64,000 nucleotides of DNA from Minisyncoccota bacterium (GCA_028713005.1 JAQTPC010000002.1:36643-100642), one strand, 5' to 3'; numbered from the stretch's first letter, positions 29,610 to 39,887 are shown. Notes: a model not told the origin generated them from the letters alone. Program-made: numbers and translations.

Positions 29610-30884
29610 CTACTTATTTTTGAATGTGTAGGAGATGATGTTGCTTGGAAAATCTTTGCCCGGTTGAAGGCGGAAGTTGAACTTCTCAATATCAGTTGTA
29701 GTAACTTCGAACTGTACGATATTTTCGAGCACGTCGCGGTTTGATCCTGCGGCAATGAGCCATACCGTGATCGAGTATCTGCCTGCCTTGAGATTGATGG
29801 GCGCTGTCTCGCAGATGATAGTTCCATGAGAGGGGATATGCTCACCGAGTGTTTCGGCTGAGATGGCACTGTCTATAAAGAGTACTCTTTTTTGAGTCAA
29901 TTCATCGGTCACGATGATGTTGATCTGAGGATCGATGATGTCACCTTTGGTATCATTTGCATACTCAAGTTTGAAATGGAGACGGCTGTCACTTTTGACT
30001 GGACCACCACCAATAGCGGAAACATCGATACCTTTGAAATGAGGGCCTTTTTTATCTGCACGGTTAGCGAGTTTTTCTGTTGCCTCCTTGCCACCAATGA
30101 TCGGTTGTCCGTTGAGATATGCATCGATGATCTCCTTTGTCTCGCCGATCTGCTTGATTGTGCCACCTTCAAGCCAAATAGTTTTTTTACAGAGTCGTTC
30201 AACTGCTGCCATATTATGACTGACGAAGAGGATGGTACGTCCTTCTTTTTGTGTCACTTCCTGCATCTTACCAAGACATTTTTTCTGGAATTCTGCATCG
30301 CCGACAGCGAGTACTTCATCGACGATGAGGATATCTGGTTCCATATGTGCAGCAACAGAGAAGGCGAGACGGACATACATGCCACTCGAATAGCGCTTTA
30401 CCGGTGTATCGAGGAATCTGTCGACGCCGGCGAACTCAACTATCCGATCGAACTTTTTTGCAATTTCTGTGCGTTTCATGCCGAGGATAGCGCCATTCAA
30501 AAATATATTTTCACGACCAGTGAGCTCAGGGTGGAAGCCAGTACCAACTTCAAGGAGGGAGCCAACACGTCCGCGGAGGATGATCTCGCCCTCGGTTGGA
30601 GGAGTGATCTGGGAGAGTATCTTGAGGAGAGTTGATTTTCCTGCACCATTGCGTCCGATGATGCCGATGACTTCACCTTTTTGTACGTCAAAACTGACAT
30701 TGCGTAATGCCCAGAAATCTTCACGACTCTCCATGCCAGTAACTTGGCGAGCTTTTTTTGCAAGAAATGCAAATGGCTTTTTTATGATGCCTGCAAGTAC
30801 ATCACGGAGTGCTACGTAGCGGCCACGCTCATGGTTGATGAGATATTTTTTGCCGACGCCTTTGACTTCGATGATAGGATTCAT
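29610..30884 (-). CDS. wzt: polysaccharide ABC exporter ATP-binding protein Wzt/TagH-type with a C-terminal carbohydrate-binding domain
   Basis: Walker A 'GIIGRNGAGKSTLLKIL', signature 'YSSGMYVRLAFS' and a roughly 170-aa C-terminal extension. Confidence 0.85.
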   Translation of the reverse strand: MNPIIEVKGVGKKYLINHERGRYVALRDVLAGIIKKPFAFLAKKARQVTGMESREDFWALRNVSFDVQKGEVIGIIGRNGAGKSTLLKILSQITPPTEGEIILRGRVGSLLEVGTGFHPELTGRENIFLNGAILGMKRTEIAKKFDRIVEFAGVDRFLDTPVKRYSSGMYVRLAFSVAAHMEPDILIVDEVLAVGDAEFQKKCLGKMQEVTQKEGRTILFVSHNMAAVERLCKKTIWLEGGTIKQIGETKEIIDAYLNGQPIIGGKEATEKLANRADKKGPHFKGIDVSAIGGGPVKSDSRLHFKLEYANDTKGDIIDPQINIIVTDELTQKRVLFIDSAISAETLGEHIPSHGTIICETAPINLKAGRYSITVWLIAAGSNRDVLENIVQFEVTTTDIEKFNFRLQPGKDFPSNIISYTFKNK

Positions 30885-30901
30885 ATAGGTGATTGGAAAT
30901 G

Positions 30902-31789
30902 TTATACGACGTCAGCAAAGTAGCGTTCGACTTTCTTGAACATATAAACTCCAATGAAGAGTAACACTGCACAACCGACGACAGAAATGCCGATCTGAAG
31001 CCAGTTGACTTGAGCGGTGCCCAAGAGGACGGCACGAGCATTGTTGACGACGCCGGTCATCGGGTTGAGAGCGAGGAATTTTGAGTAGTGGCCAGCGATA
31101 GAACCAGGATAAATAACAGGGGTGATGAATATAAGGAGCTGGATGAAGTATGGCAGAATATAGCGAACATCACGATACTTTACGTTGATTGCTGCAAGAA
31201 ATAGTCCAAGGCCTTCAGCGCACATAGCGGTGATAATGAGGAGAATAGGAATCACTATGATAGCTTGCCAGCTTGGGGTGATGTGGTAATAAAACATCAT
31301 GCCTGCGAGGATAATAGAGGCAATAGAAAAATCGACAAATTTGGTGATGACAGTTGTGATTGGGATGATAAGGCGAGGGAAGTAGACTTTGGTGATGATG
31401 GCTTGATTGGCTATGAGGGCACCACTGACTTCGCTCAAAGAATCAGAGAAAAGTTGCCAGAAAAGAAGTCCGGTGTAAACAAAGATCGGATACGGAACAT
31501 TGTCAGAAGGGATCTTTGCGAGGCCGCCAAAGAAAACTGAAAAGATGACCATAGCTACAAATGGTTGGATGATAGCCCAGAGAGCGCCGATCATCGTCTG
31601 TTTGTAGCGCACTTTAAGATCGCGCCAGCTAAAGAAGTAGAGAAGCTCGCGATATACCCATATTTCTTTGAGATCTTTGAGGTGGAATAGCTTCTTTGGG
31701 CGTATGACCGTAATAGCAGTTGGTTGGGGGCTAGACATGAAGTCCATACTAGCATAAAGAAATATTCTTGTTGAGTATTTACCTGACAT
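30902..31789 (-). CDS. wzm: ABC-2 type polysaccharide exporter permease Wzm
   Basis: Six predicted TM helices. 'WRDLKVRYKQTMIGALWAIIQP' is the typical ABC-2 permease start. It lies immediately upstream of wzt. Confidence 0.8.
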   Translation of the reverse strand: MSGKYSTRIFLYASMDFMSSPQPTAITVIRPKKLFHLKDLKEIWVYRELLYFFSWRDLKVRYKQTMIGALWAIIQPFVAMVIFSVFFGGLAKIPSDNVPYPIFVYTGLLFWQLFSDSLSEVSGALIANQAIITKVYFPRLIIPITTVITKFVDFSIASIILAGMMFYYHITPSWQAIIVIPILLIITAMCAEGLGLFLAAINVKYRDVRYILPYFIQLLIFITPVIYPGSIAGHYSKFLALNPMTGVVNNARAVLLGTAQVNWLQIGISVVGCAVLLFIGVYMFKKVERYFADVV

Positions 31790-31801
31790 TAAGTATGATG
31801 T

Positions 31802-34075
31802 ATGGATTATAGATATATTAATCAGTTTTTAATTCAGCACTTACCTATGTCTCTCAAATCCATTACACGGTTTTTCATGCTTGCGCCAGTCTTCCTGATT
31901 CCTCTGTTTGTTCTTTTTCCAACACCACATACACCGTTTGAGATATCAAATTTCTTTTTCTTTCCTTTTATCACGGGCAAAGCGTTCTATTTCCGCATTC
32001 TCGTCGAGATAGCATTTGCAGGTTGGGTCATCCTTGCATGTCTTGATGCAAAGTATCGTCCAAAGATAAATGCGCTCACGCTCGGTGTCACTGCATTTGC
32101 CCTCATCACCCTCGTAGCCGATCTCCTTGGCGTGAATCCACTCCGTAGTCTCTGGTCAAACTTTGAGCGTATGGAAGGTTGGATAGTCATCGCTCATCTC
32201 TGGATGTTCTTTATTGTCATGGCACATGCATTTGGATTGCCGGAAACCGGCAAGAAGCTCTGGCGCAACTGGATGAATGTTTCTCTTGTGACTGCGCTTA
32301 TCGTGGCATGTTATGGTTTTGCTCAGCTATTCGGCTGGACAGATATCCACCAAGGATCAGTTCGTATAGATGCTTCGCTCGGTAATGCAGCGTATATGGC
32401 TATCTATATGTTGATCAGTACTGGTTTTGCTGTGTATCTTTTCTTGGAATCAAAAGTTCGCCGTGCTACCACAAATATCTTTGATCTCACTGTTCTCGAA
32501 TGGCTCTATGCGATAGCGGCAATCGTTTTCTCTTTCCTCCTCTTTGAAACAGCTACTCGTGGTACTGCATTTGGTTTGATTGGAGGCGTAATGCTTGCCC
32601 TCTTTTTGTATGCGATCTTCGCTGGATCAGCAAAGAAAACATCACGCATTGTCGCTGGCAGTATTATCGTTGGTATCATCATTCTTGGTGGTATCATCTG
32701 GCTCGCACGTGATTCTCATTTTGTTCAAAATAACGCAGCTCTCAACCGTCTAACCTCTATCACACTCACTGAGATACAGACGCAAGGTCGTGCCTACATC
32801 TGGCCAATGGCAGTGAAGGGTTCTCTTGAACGTCCAGTCCTCGGTTGGGGTCAAGAAAATTTCAACTATATCTTTAACGCCAACTATAACCCTGCCATGT
32901 ACAACCAAGAGCAGTGGTTCGATCGTGCTCACAGCGTGTATCTCGATTGGCTTGTTGCTTCAGGATTTGTTGGTTTGTTAGCGTATCTCGCTCTCTATGT
33001 ATTTTTCTTGATGGCAGTGTGGAAGTCTACGCTTACAGTCGCAGAAAAAAGTGCACTCACTGGTCTCCTTGTCGGTTACGCTATTCACAATATCTTTGTA
33101 TTCGATAACCTTGCGAGCTATGTCTCATTCTTTGCTCTTCTCGGTCTTGGCGCTTCGCTTACTCCTGCAAAAGTTGAAGGTGTACCAAAGCCACCAAAAG
33201 AGATCGGTCCGGATATGATCGAATACGTTATAGCGCCAGTCGTTATCATCATTTTGCTCGGTGGACTCTATATGTTCAATATACGTCCAATCCAAGAGAA
33301 CACCCGTCTCATTACTGCGCTTCGGGCATGTGGTGGTGCTTCACTTCCTGATGTGACGTTATTCCAGCGTGCACTTGATAGTGGTTCATATGTTGGAAAA
33401 CAAGAGATCCGTGAACAGATATTCTCATGCGCAGCAAATGTTATCAGTGCACAGCAACTCCCAAATACAACGAAGCAAGCATTCTTTGACCTCGCAACTA
33501 CTGCTATCACTGATCAAATCGCCACTAGTCCGCTCGACGCACGTGTTTACACGCTCGGCGGATCATTCCTTGAACAGGTTGGTGCATATAGTCAGGCAGT
33601 TCCATTCTTGGAAAAGGCTCATGATCTGTCACCAGCAAAACAAACTATCGCATTTGCTCTTGCAACCGCATATATCAATATCAATCAATATGATAAGGCA
33701 CTTGCTCTACTCAAACAGGCGTATGAATCAGCAACTGAAAATGCTGATGCACAGTCAGGTTATCTCACTGCTCTCATCATCGCCGGCAAAGAAACTGATG
33801 CAAAGAAAATTTTTGCTGATCAGCCGGGATTATTCAACACTGAACGTGTTGCCCAGGCGTACGCTCTTGCAAAGCAGTATGACAAGTCTATTGCCGCGTA
33901 TAAGTCACTCATTGGAACAAGTACTGATCAAGTAAATATGCAGTTTAGAATGGCTCAAGTTCAGTACAGTGCCGGTAGAATATATGATGCAGTAGCTACG
34001 CTTCAAGCTATCGAAAAGGCTCATCCTGAATACAAGACTCAGATTGACCAGGCAATCAAGCAGGTTCAAAAATAG
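31802..34075 (+). CDS. Wzy_C (O-antigen ligase/polymerase-like) polytopic membrane protein with a C-terminal TPR-repeat domain
   Basis: About 12 TM helices. 'RAHSVYLDWLVASGFVGLLAYL' is the Wzy_C core. The C-terminal 250 aa are Ala-rich, TPR-like repeats. Confidence 0.7.
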   Translation: MDYRYINQFLIQHLPMSLKSITRFFMLAPVFLIPLFVLFPTPHTPFEISNFFFFPFITGKAFYFRILVEIAFAGWVILACLDAKYRPKINALTLGVTAFALITLVADLLGVNPLRSLWSNFERMEGWIVIAHLWMFFIVMAHAFGLPETGKKLWRNWMNVSLVTALIVACYGFAQLFGWTDIHQGSVRIDASLGNAAYMAIYMLISTGFAVYLFLESKVRRATTNIFDLTVLEWLYAIAAIVFSFLLFETATRGTAFGLIGGVMLALFLYAIFAGSAKKTSRIVAGSIIVGIIILGGIIWLARDSHFVQNNAALNRLTSITLTEIQTQGRAYIWPMAVKGSLERPVLGWGQENFNYIFNANYNPAMYNQEQWFDRAHSVYLDWLVASGFVGLLAYLALYVFFLMAVWKSTLTVAEKSALTGLLVGYAIHNIFVFDNLASYVSFFALLGLGASLTPAKVEGVPKPPKEIGPDMIEYVIAPVVIIILLGGLYMFNIRPIQENTRLITALRACGGASLPDVTLFQRALDSGSYVGKQEIREQIFSCAANVISAQQLPNTTKQAFFDLATTAITDQIATSPLDARVYTLGGSFLEQVGAYSQAVPFLEKAHDLSPAKQTIAFALATAYININQYDKALALLKQAYESATENADAQSGYLTALIIAGKETDAKKIFADQPGLFNTERVAQAYALAKQYDKSIAAYKSLIGTSTDQVNMQFRMAQVQYSAGRIYDAVATLQAIEKAHPEYKTQIDQAIKQVQK

Positions 34076-34154
34076 TTTGCACGTTATCCTCGCTGTAGTA
34101 TAATTGCATCGTGAGTACCCTAGGTGGGCACTCTCCAATAAATGTCTCGCAAAG

Positions 34155-34178
34155 TGCTGCCCTCGGCAGCCTTTTGCG
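34155..34178 (+). terminator. Rho-independent terminator after the Wzy_C-TPR gene
   Basis: GCTGCC-CTC-GGCAGC followed by CTTTTGCGTT. Confidence 0.45.
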
Positions 34179-34191
34179 TTGTTGGGGTGTA

Positions 34192-34249
34192 ATCCGCGCA
34201 GGGTAGGCCTGCGCAAAACTTGCGTAGGCCTACCCTGCGCGGATATAAT
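34192..34249 (+). promoter_or_regulatory. GC-rich 23-bp-arm inverted repeat (34192..34214 / 34222..34244). It overlaps a sigma70-like promoter (-35 TTGCGT 34220..34225, 18-nt spacer, -10 TATAAT 34244..34249) upstream of murB. It is a candidate operator.
   Basis: ATCCGCGCAGGGTAGGCCTGCGC / GCGTAGGCCTACCCTGCGCGGAT with one mismatch. The -10 element sits immediately 3' of the repeat. Confidence 0.4.
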
Positions 34250-34380
34250 GAATACAGATTGCACCAAATGACGGCGGGCGGCTGTACTCACATTATATTT
34301 AGACATATTATTTGGAGCTCACACCCGCTCGCCATCATTGGGTACAATTGCCACATCTCTGGATGTGCTCATTATCATCA

Positions 34381-35418
34381 ATGATTTTTCAAGAGAACAT
34401 TTCTTTAGCTCAATATACGACATTTAAGATCGGCGGTTCAGCTCGATTTTTTTGTTTAGTGGCGAGTATAGATGAGTTAAAAGAAGCCTTTGAGTTCGCA
34501 CAAAAAAAGAGCGTGCCATTTTTTGTACTCGGTGGAGGTTCAAATTTACTCATCTCAGATGAAGGGTTTCATGGCTTGGTCATAAAGATGGAGATCAGAG
34601 GGAAGAAGATAGGAGATAGAAGTCAGAAGTTAGAAGTCGCAACAGTTTCTGCTGGTGCTGGTGAGATGTGGGATGAATTTGTAGAGTGGACGCTTGTAAA
34701 TGGTTTCAATGGTTTAGAAAATTTGTCAGCGATTCCTGGAACAGTTGGGGCCGCGCCTGTGCAGAATATTGGCGCTTATGGTACTGAAGTAGGCCAATTC
34801 ATTTCGACAGTGCATGCATTTGATACCCATACAATGAAGGAGATTGAATTGAATGCTCGTGATTGCCATTTTGGATATAGGAATAGCATGTTCAAACATG
34901 AGAAGGGTAGATACATCATTACACATGTTGATTTCGCTTTGAGAAACGACGGAAAGGTGAATGTTGAGTACAAAGATTTGAGAAACTATTTTAACGACCA
35001 AGTAACTATAACCAATAGCCAAATCACACCACTACAAGTTCGTGAGGCGGTGATTGATATTCGCTGGAATAAATTGCCTGATTGGAATACGTGGGGTACG
35101 GCCGGATCATTCTTCAAGAACCCTATTGTCACACAGGAGAAGTTTGATGAGTTGAAAGTGAAGTATCCGGGTATGCCGAGCTTCCCTGAAGCAAGTGGAG
35201 GTATCAAAATTCCTCTTGGTTGGATACTCGATAATGTCTGTCAACTCAAAGGTGTCATGACTGGTGGTGTGGGGACGTATGAGAAACAGGCATTGGTTAT
35301 TATCACTAAGCCGGGAGCTAAAGCATTAGAGGTTGTTGCTTTTACGCAGGATCTGATGAAGCAAGTAAAGGAAGCAACTGGAATCATGATTGAAGCTGAG
35401 GTGGAATGGGTGAACTAA
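34381..35418 (+). CDS. murB: UDP-N-acetylenolpyruvoylglucosamine reductase
   Basis: 'FKIGGSARFFCLVASIDELKEAF...FFVLGGGSNLLISDEG' is the MurB FAD-binding domain. The start was re-set to ATG 34381. Confidence 0.85.
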   Translation: MIFQENISLAQYTTFKIGGSARFFCLVASIDELKEAFEFAQKKSVPFFVLGGGSNLLISDEGFHGLVIKMEIRGKKIGDRSQKLEVATVSAGAGEMWDEFVEWTLVNGFNGLENLSAIPGTVGAAPVQNIGAYGTEVGQFISTVHAFDTHTMKEIELNARDCHFGYRNSMFKHEKGRYIITHVDFALRNDGKVNVEYKDLRNYFNDQVTITNSQITPLQVREAVIDIRWNKLPDWNTWGTAGSFFKNPIVTQEKFDELKVKYPGMPSFPEASGGIKIPLGWILDNVCQLKGVMTGGVGTYEKQALVIITKPGAKALEVVAFTQDLMKQVKEATGIMIEAEVEWVN

Positions 35419-35574
35419 ACGAGGTTAGACCTTGATATTGACATTTACTCGAAAAAGCGTAGTTTTTAGACTAGGTTTGCTCGTTGTAAACCTCTTCCGA
35501 GAGGAAGAACATAAAACAATACGTCTCCGAGAGGAGATTGCAGAGAATGGTCCGAGAGGATCAGAAAGGCTAGT

Positions 35575-36381
35575 ATGAAAAAAATAAATGAAGCGGTATC
35601 TATTGAAAATGTTACTGATAAAAAAGTGCTCACGGAAGTGGTTGATTTACTTACGTTGCCCAGGGCGTATACAGATACATCTTCTGATGCAAAAACTTCC
35701 CGAGCTGTTGTATTGAAATATATACTTAGCTCGTATGGTTCACATGAAGAGTTGGTTGACGCGGTGAAAGACTCCATCAGCAACTTTTTGCTTGCAACGT
35801 ATTCGCCACTGGAGATTGCTGACGCTATAAAAGCGTGGGGATTCATTTTTCCCAAAGAAACCGTTTCTATTTTGAATGGACTAAGGAACATCAATCACGG
35901 GGTTCTGAGAAATAGTCAGCATAATGCCGAAGGTCTGCTTCTTGGGAGTTTTGAAATCATTAAATTCAAACCCGCCAAAGACAATAACATGTTATCGGCA
36001 CTGGAAAAATATCTTGGTTACAACCTTGCGGCAGGATTTTGGAAGTCACCGAAATGCACCGTAACTCCAGCTGTTTCTGGGCGTTTATCTCAAGCGATGT
36101 CTGACTTCACCGAACGGGCATGGCTTGTTCCAGATGATACCTACGAGTGCCTAAGGAGCTGTGTCGCGTTGGTTGTTGACATGCAGCCGCAACCTCTATT
36201 GCCCACTGAATTTCTGAAGATACGACATGATCTTCATGAAGTTTTAATTCGTGAATTTACTGCTAAACTACTTCTTTCAGCAACACCCTATTACCGTTGG
36301 CTGATTATGAAGGATGGTCTGGCTTCTGCGGTAGTCCAGTTTACAGAAGATGCATGCAAGGGTGCTTCTGTCGGCAAATAA
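35575..36381 (+). CDS. hypothetical protein
   Basis: 268-aa ORF with no motif recognised. Confidence 0.4.
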   Translation: MKKINEAVSIENVTDKKVLTEVVDLLTLPRAYTDTSSDAKTSRAVVLKYILSSYGSHEELVDAVKDSISNFLLATYSPLEIADAIKAWGFIFPKETVSILNGLRNINHGVLRNSQHNAEGLLLGSFEIIKFKPAKDNNMLSALEKYLGYNLAAGFWKSPKCTVTPAVSGRLSQAMSDFTERAWLVPDDTYECLRSCVALVVDMQPQPLLPTEFLKIRHDLHEVLIREFTAKLLLSATPYYRWLIMKDGLASAVVQFTEDACKGASVGK

Positions 36382-36469
36382 TCTGATCTTTAATCATGTT
36401 TCCTCACACCCACGCGCCTTGGCGTATGGGTTTTTTTATTGGTCAGAATGTGCTAAAGTGCCTGTTACT

Positions 36470-39070
36470 ATGTCTATTTTCAGCAAACTATTTGGAGGCA
36501 ATCATACTGCATCAGTAAAGAAATTTGAGCCTATGGTGGCGCAGATAAACGCTTTTGAACCTACTATCCAGAAACTGTCAGATACAGAACTCAAAGAAAA
36601 GAGTTTTAGTTTCAGAAAACGTCTCCAGGAAGCTAAAACAAGAGAAGAAGAAAATAAGATCCTTGAAGAAATCCTTCCTGAAGCTTTTGCATTGGTCCGC
36701 GAAGCGGGTCGTCGTACGCTTGGTCAACGCCATTTCGACGTACAGCTCATTGGTGGCATGGTTCTCAACTCAGGTGGTATTGCCGAGATGCGTACCGGTG
36801 AAGGTAAAACTCTCGTTGCCACACTTCCTGCCTACCTCAATGCACTCTCAGGAAAAGGTGTGCATGTCGTCACCGTCAACGACTACCTCTCACGTCGTGA
36901 TGCTGCATGGATGGGTCAGATCTATCACGCTCTTGGCTTGTCTGTTGCAGTCATCAATCACGAAAGTTCATTTGTATATGATCCTGCTCATCGCACCGCA
37001 GAAGAAGATAAGACCGAAGATGAGCTCGGTTCATTCAAGGTGGTCCATGAGTTCTTGCGTCCTGTCACACGCCGTGAGGCTTATGCTGCTGATATCACCT
37101 ATGGTACGAACAATGAATTTGGCTTCGACTATCTCCGCGATAACCTCGAATACGATCCCGCAAAGCTTCGTCAGCGTGAACCAAACTACGTCGTCGTGGA
37201 TGAGATTGACTCAATCTTGATCGACGAAGCGCGCACCCCACTTATCATCTCTGCGCCAACTCGTGATGCTGAGAGTGTGTACAAGCAGTTTGCATCACTT
37301 ACTTCTACATACAAAAAAGATGAGGACTTCACTGTTGATGAAAAGAAAAAGGCTATACAGCTCCTCGGTCCTGGTATAGAAAAAGCTGAGAAGGCACTTG
37401 GCATCACCAATCTCTATACTGATGTAGGTATAAAGTTTGTGCATCATCTCGAAACCGCTGTTCGTGCAAAGGCACTCTATAGCATGGACGTCGACTATGT
37501 TGTGAAGAACAATGAGATCGTTATTGTCGATACATTCACTGGTCGTCTCCAGCCAGGACGTCGTTGGTCAGAAGGATTACATCAGGCTATAGAAGCAAAA
37601 GAAGGGGTGATGATCCAACAAGAATCACGTACCTATGCATCTATCACATTCCAAAACTTTTTCCGTATGTACCAAAAGCTCTCAGGTATGACAGGTACTG
37701 CGTCTACTTCGAGTGAAGAATTTTTTAAAGTATACGGCCTCAGTGTGTACCAAGTTCCGACAAACAGAACAGCGGTGCGTATCGATAGTCAGGATCAGAT
37801 CTTCCAGACAGAGATCGGCAAGTTCAAAGCTATCGCACGTAAAGTTAAAGAGCTCCATAGTAAAGGTCAACCAGTTTTGATCGGTACTGTTTCTATTGAG
37901 AAAAACGAATTACTCTCTCAATTTTTGAAGAGTGAAGGTGTGCCACATGAGATGCTCAATGCAAAGAACCATGAACGTGAAGGTGAGATCGTGGCTCAGG
38001 CTGGTAAAAAAGGAGCAGTAACTATCGCTACCAACATGGCTGGTCGTGGTGTGGACATCAAGCTAGGTGGTAATCCAAATACTCCTGCTTTGTATGAAGA
38101 GATAAAGACAGCCGGCGGTCTCTTTGTCCTCGGTACGGAGCGCCATGAAGCACGTCGTATCGATGATCAGTTGCGTGGTCGTGCAGGACGTCAGGGTGAC
38201 CCTGGTGAGACACAGTTTTTCGTCTCACTTGAGGATTCACTCATGCGCGTCTTTGCTTCAGATACTCTCAAGTCAATGATGGGCAAACTCGGCGTCAAAG
38301 AAGATGAGCCTATCCAGCACAGTATCATCTCAAAGTCTCTCGAGAATGCACAAAAGAAGATCGAAGGATTCAACTTCGACTCACGTAAGCATGTCTTGGA
38401 GTTCGATGATGTCATCAACAGTCAGCGTACGAGTATCTACGGCAAGCGTCGTAAGCTCTTGCTCGGTTCAGTTGATGAGGTGGAGAAGGAATTGAATGAA
38501 ATTATTGGAGGAAATTCAGTGAAGATTGATGATCAAGTAACGACCATGCCTAACGGCAAGCAGGTAACCGATGAACAAAAAGCTACTCAAGAAATCGTGG
38601 CGAAGAAAATTTCTGAATTCGGTCGCGAGGATTTCCTCAACGCTATTCGCATCGTCCTTCTCCAGACAATCGACATGTACTGGGTTGAACACCTCGAAGT
38701 GATGGACTATACACGTTCAAGTGTGAACCTCCGTGCGTATGGTCAGCGTGACCCGCTCGTTGAATATAAGAAAGAAGGCCTGAGACTATTCCGTGAAATG
38801 AACACTGCTATCCGTGATCAGTTCATCCGTATTTTGCCAAATATTGTGCCTGTAAATAGTTCCTCAACAAAAAATGGTGCTTCAGTGAATGGGATAAAAG
38901 ACGCTGAGTTCAAAGAGATTCACGAGAATGCCCGAGTGATCGGTGGTGGGGATGGTTCAAGTAAGGGTGGCAATTCTCAGGTCAAAAGCGCTCCTGAAGT
39001 CGGTAGAAATGATCCTTGTCCTTGTGGTTCAGGTAAGAAATATAAGAAGTGCCATGGGGTGGGGAAGTAA
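36470..39070 (+). CDS. secA: preprotein translocase ATPase SecA
   Basis: '[38 protein letters not shown]' is the DEAD motor. The C-terminal '[14 protein letters not shown]' is the zinc-binding tail. The start was re-set to ATG 36470. Confidence 0.92.
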   Translation: MSIFSKLFGGNHTASVKKFEPMVAQINAFEPTIQKLSDTELKEKSFSFRKRLQEAKTREEENKILEEILPEAFALVREAGRRTLGQRHFDVQLIGGMVLNSGGIAEMRTGEGKTLVATLPAYLNALSGKGVHVVTVNDYLSRRDAAWMGQIYHALGLSVAVINHESSFVYDPAHRTAEEDKTEDELGSFKVVHEFLRPVTRREAYAADITYGTNNEFGFDYLRDNLEYDPAKLRQREPNYVVVDEIDSILIDEARTPLIISAPTRDAESVYKQFASLTSTYKKDEDFTVDEKKKAIQLLGPGIEKAEKALGITNLYTDVGIKFVHHLETAVRAKALYSMDVDYVVKNNEIVIVDTFTGRLQPGRRWSEGLHQAIEAKEGVMIQQESRTYASITFQNFFRMYQKLSGMTGTASTSSEEFFKVYGLSVYQVPTNRTAVRIDSQDQIFQTEIGKFKAIARKVKELHSKGQPVLIGTVSIEKNELLSQFLKSEGVPHEMLNAKNHEREGEIVAQAGKKGAVTIATNMAGRGVDIKLGGNPNTPALYEEIKTAGGLFVLGTERHEARRIDDQLRGRAGRQGDPGETQFFVSLEDSLMRVFASDTLKSMMGKLGVKEDEPIQHSIISKSLENAQKKIEGFNFDSRKHVLEFDDVINSQRTSIYGKRRKLLLGSVDEVEKELNEIIGGNSVKIDDQVTTMPNGKQVTDEQKATQEIVAKKISEFGREDFLNAIRIVLLQTIDMYWVEHLEVMDYTRSSVNLRAYGQRDPLVEYKKEGLRLFREMNTAIRDQFIRILPNIVPVNSSSTKNGASVNGIKDAEFKEIHENARVIGGGDGSSKGGNSQVKSAPEVGRNDPCPCGSGKKYKKCHGVGK

Positions 39071-39462
39071 TAATACCTACTGCTATCAATCCTCGTCTGA
39101 TTTCCTCCAATCCCTGAAGTCCAACCCTTCGGATAACCGGTATTTTCCATCCCTTGACAGTTTTTGTTGCTGATGGGTTGTTGCACCAAGCAAAGAACTG
39201 TTCGACTCGGAATTCAGAATTGTAACTCCAGGGTAGTTTATTCCAAACTTGTGATGAGACGCCGGGCAATTCATGCACCCCTCTCCCTAGCCATTCTTTC
39301 TGCTTCTTTTTCATTCAGATCCTTATTTTGAGTGTTCGTTTTTAGAAAAAAAAGGCCTACGCTACAAGTAGAATCATATTAGTCTTATATATCTTGTCAA
39401 GTTTGTTCTAGGTATGTCTAAGTTACTGGGCATTTGTTATTATTAACTTATTCTGAAATAAC

Positions 39463-39675
39463 ATGATTAAACTGGGTATCTACATACACTATAAAGGAAA
39501 TGAGTATGAGGTGATTGGTATTGCCAAGCATAGTGAGACCCTCGAAGACATGGTCGTGTATCAAGCGCAGTATGGCGATAAAGAAACATGGGTCCGTCCG
39601 CTCAAGATGTTCACTGAGGAAGTTGAGGTTAGTGGTAAGAGGGTACTGAGGTTTGCTTTCATCGGAGAAAAATAA
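39463..39675 (+). CDS. DUF1653 domain protein
   Basis: 'YIHYKGNEYEVIGIAKHSETLEDMVVYQAQYGDKETWVRPLKMF' matches the DUF1653 pattern. Confidence 0.55.
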   Translation: MIKLGIYIHYKGNEYEVIGIAKHSETLEDMVVYQAQYGDKETWVRPLKMFTEEVEVSGKRVLRFAFIGEK

Positions 39676-39887
39676 TGAAAAAGAAATCAGGAAAATTAAA
39701 AGGAACACTTTCCGTCGAACATCTGCATCATTTTCGTTGCGGATCATGTGACAAATGGTGGTCTATCGGTGATCCATCTATTGCTCTGCCTGGAAAACAA
39801 TCAGTGACGAAAAGAGAGTGGTTTTGTCCGTGGTGTGGAGAAAAGAATATCTTTGGCGATGGTAAGGAGATAAAGAGGGAGTTTTAA
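39675..39887 (+). CDS. small zinc-ribbon protein (CxxC...CxxC)
   Basis: 'FRCGSCDKWW' and 'FCPWCGEKN'. The start overlaps the upstream stop. Confidence 0.4.
   Translation: MKKKSGKLKGTLSVEHLHHFRCGSCDKWWSIGDPSIALPGKQSVTKREWFCPWCGEKNIFGDGKEIKREF

Noticed and set aside
29892-30635. 247-aa plus-strand ORF, acidic and low-complexity
   Set aside because: It is entirely antisense to the strongly supported Wzt ABC ATPase gene. This is a typical shadow ORF.
33369-33935. 188-aa plus-strand ORF in a second frame within the Wzy_C-TPR gene
   Set aside because: It is an overlapping alternative frame of a well-supported 757-aa gene. Its composition is biased (Leu/Ser/His).
36555-37220. 221-aa ORF in an alternative frame inside secA
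   Set aside because: It overlaps the unambiguous SecA reading frame. Its composition is Ser/Val/Leu-rich, as expected for a frame-shifted shadow.
39090-39260. Possible tRNA in the secA downstream spacer (GTTCGACTC T-loop-like motif)
   Set aside because: I could not fold a cloverleaf. There is no complementary acceptor stem and no anticodon arm.
38982-39314. 110-aa minus-strand ORF at the secA 3' end or spacer
   Set aside because: It overlaps the SecA zinc-finger tail on the opposite strand. It has no RBS or motif.
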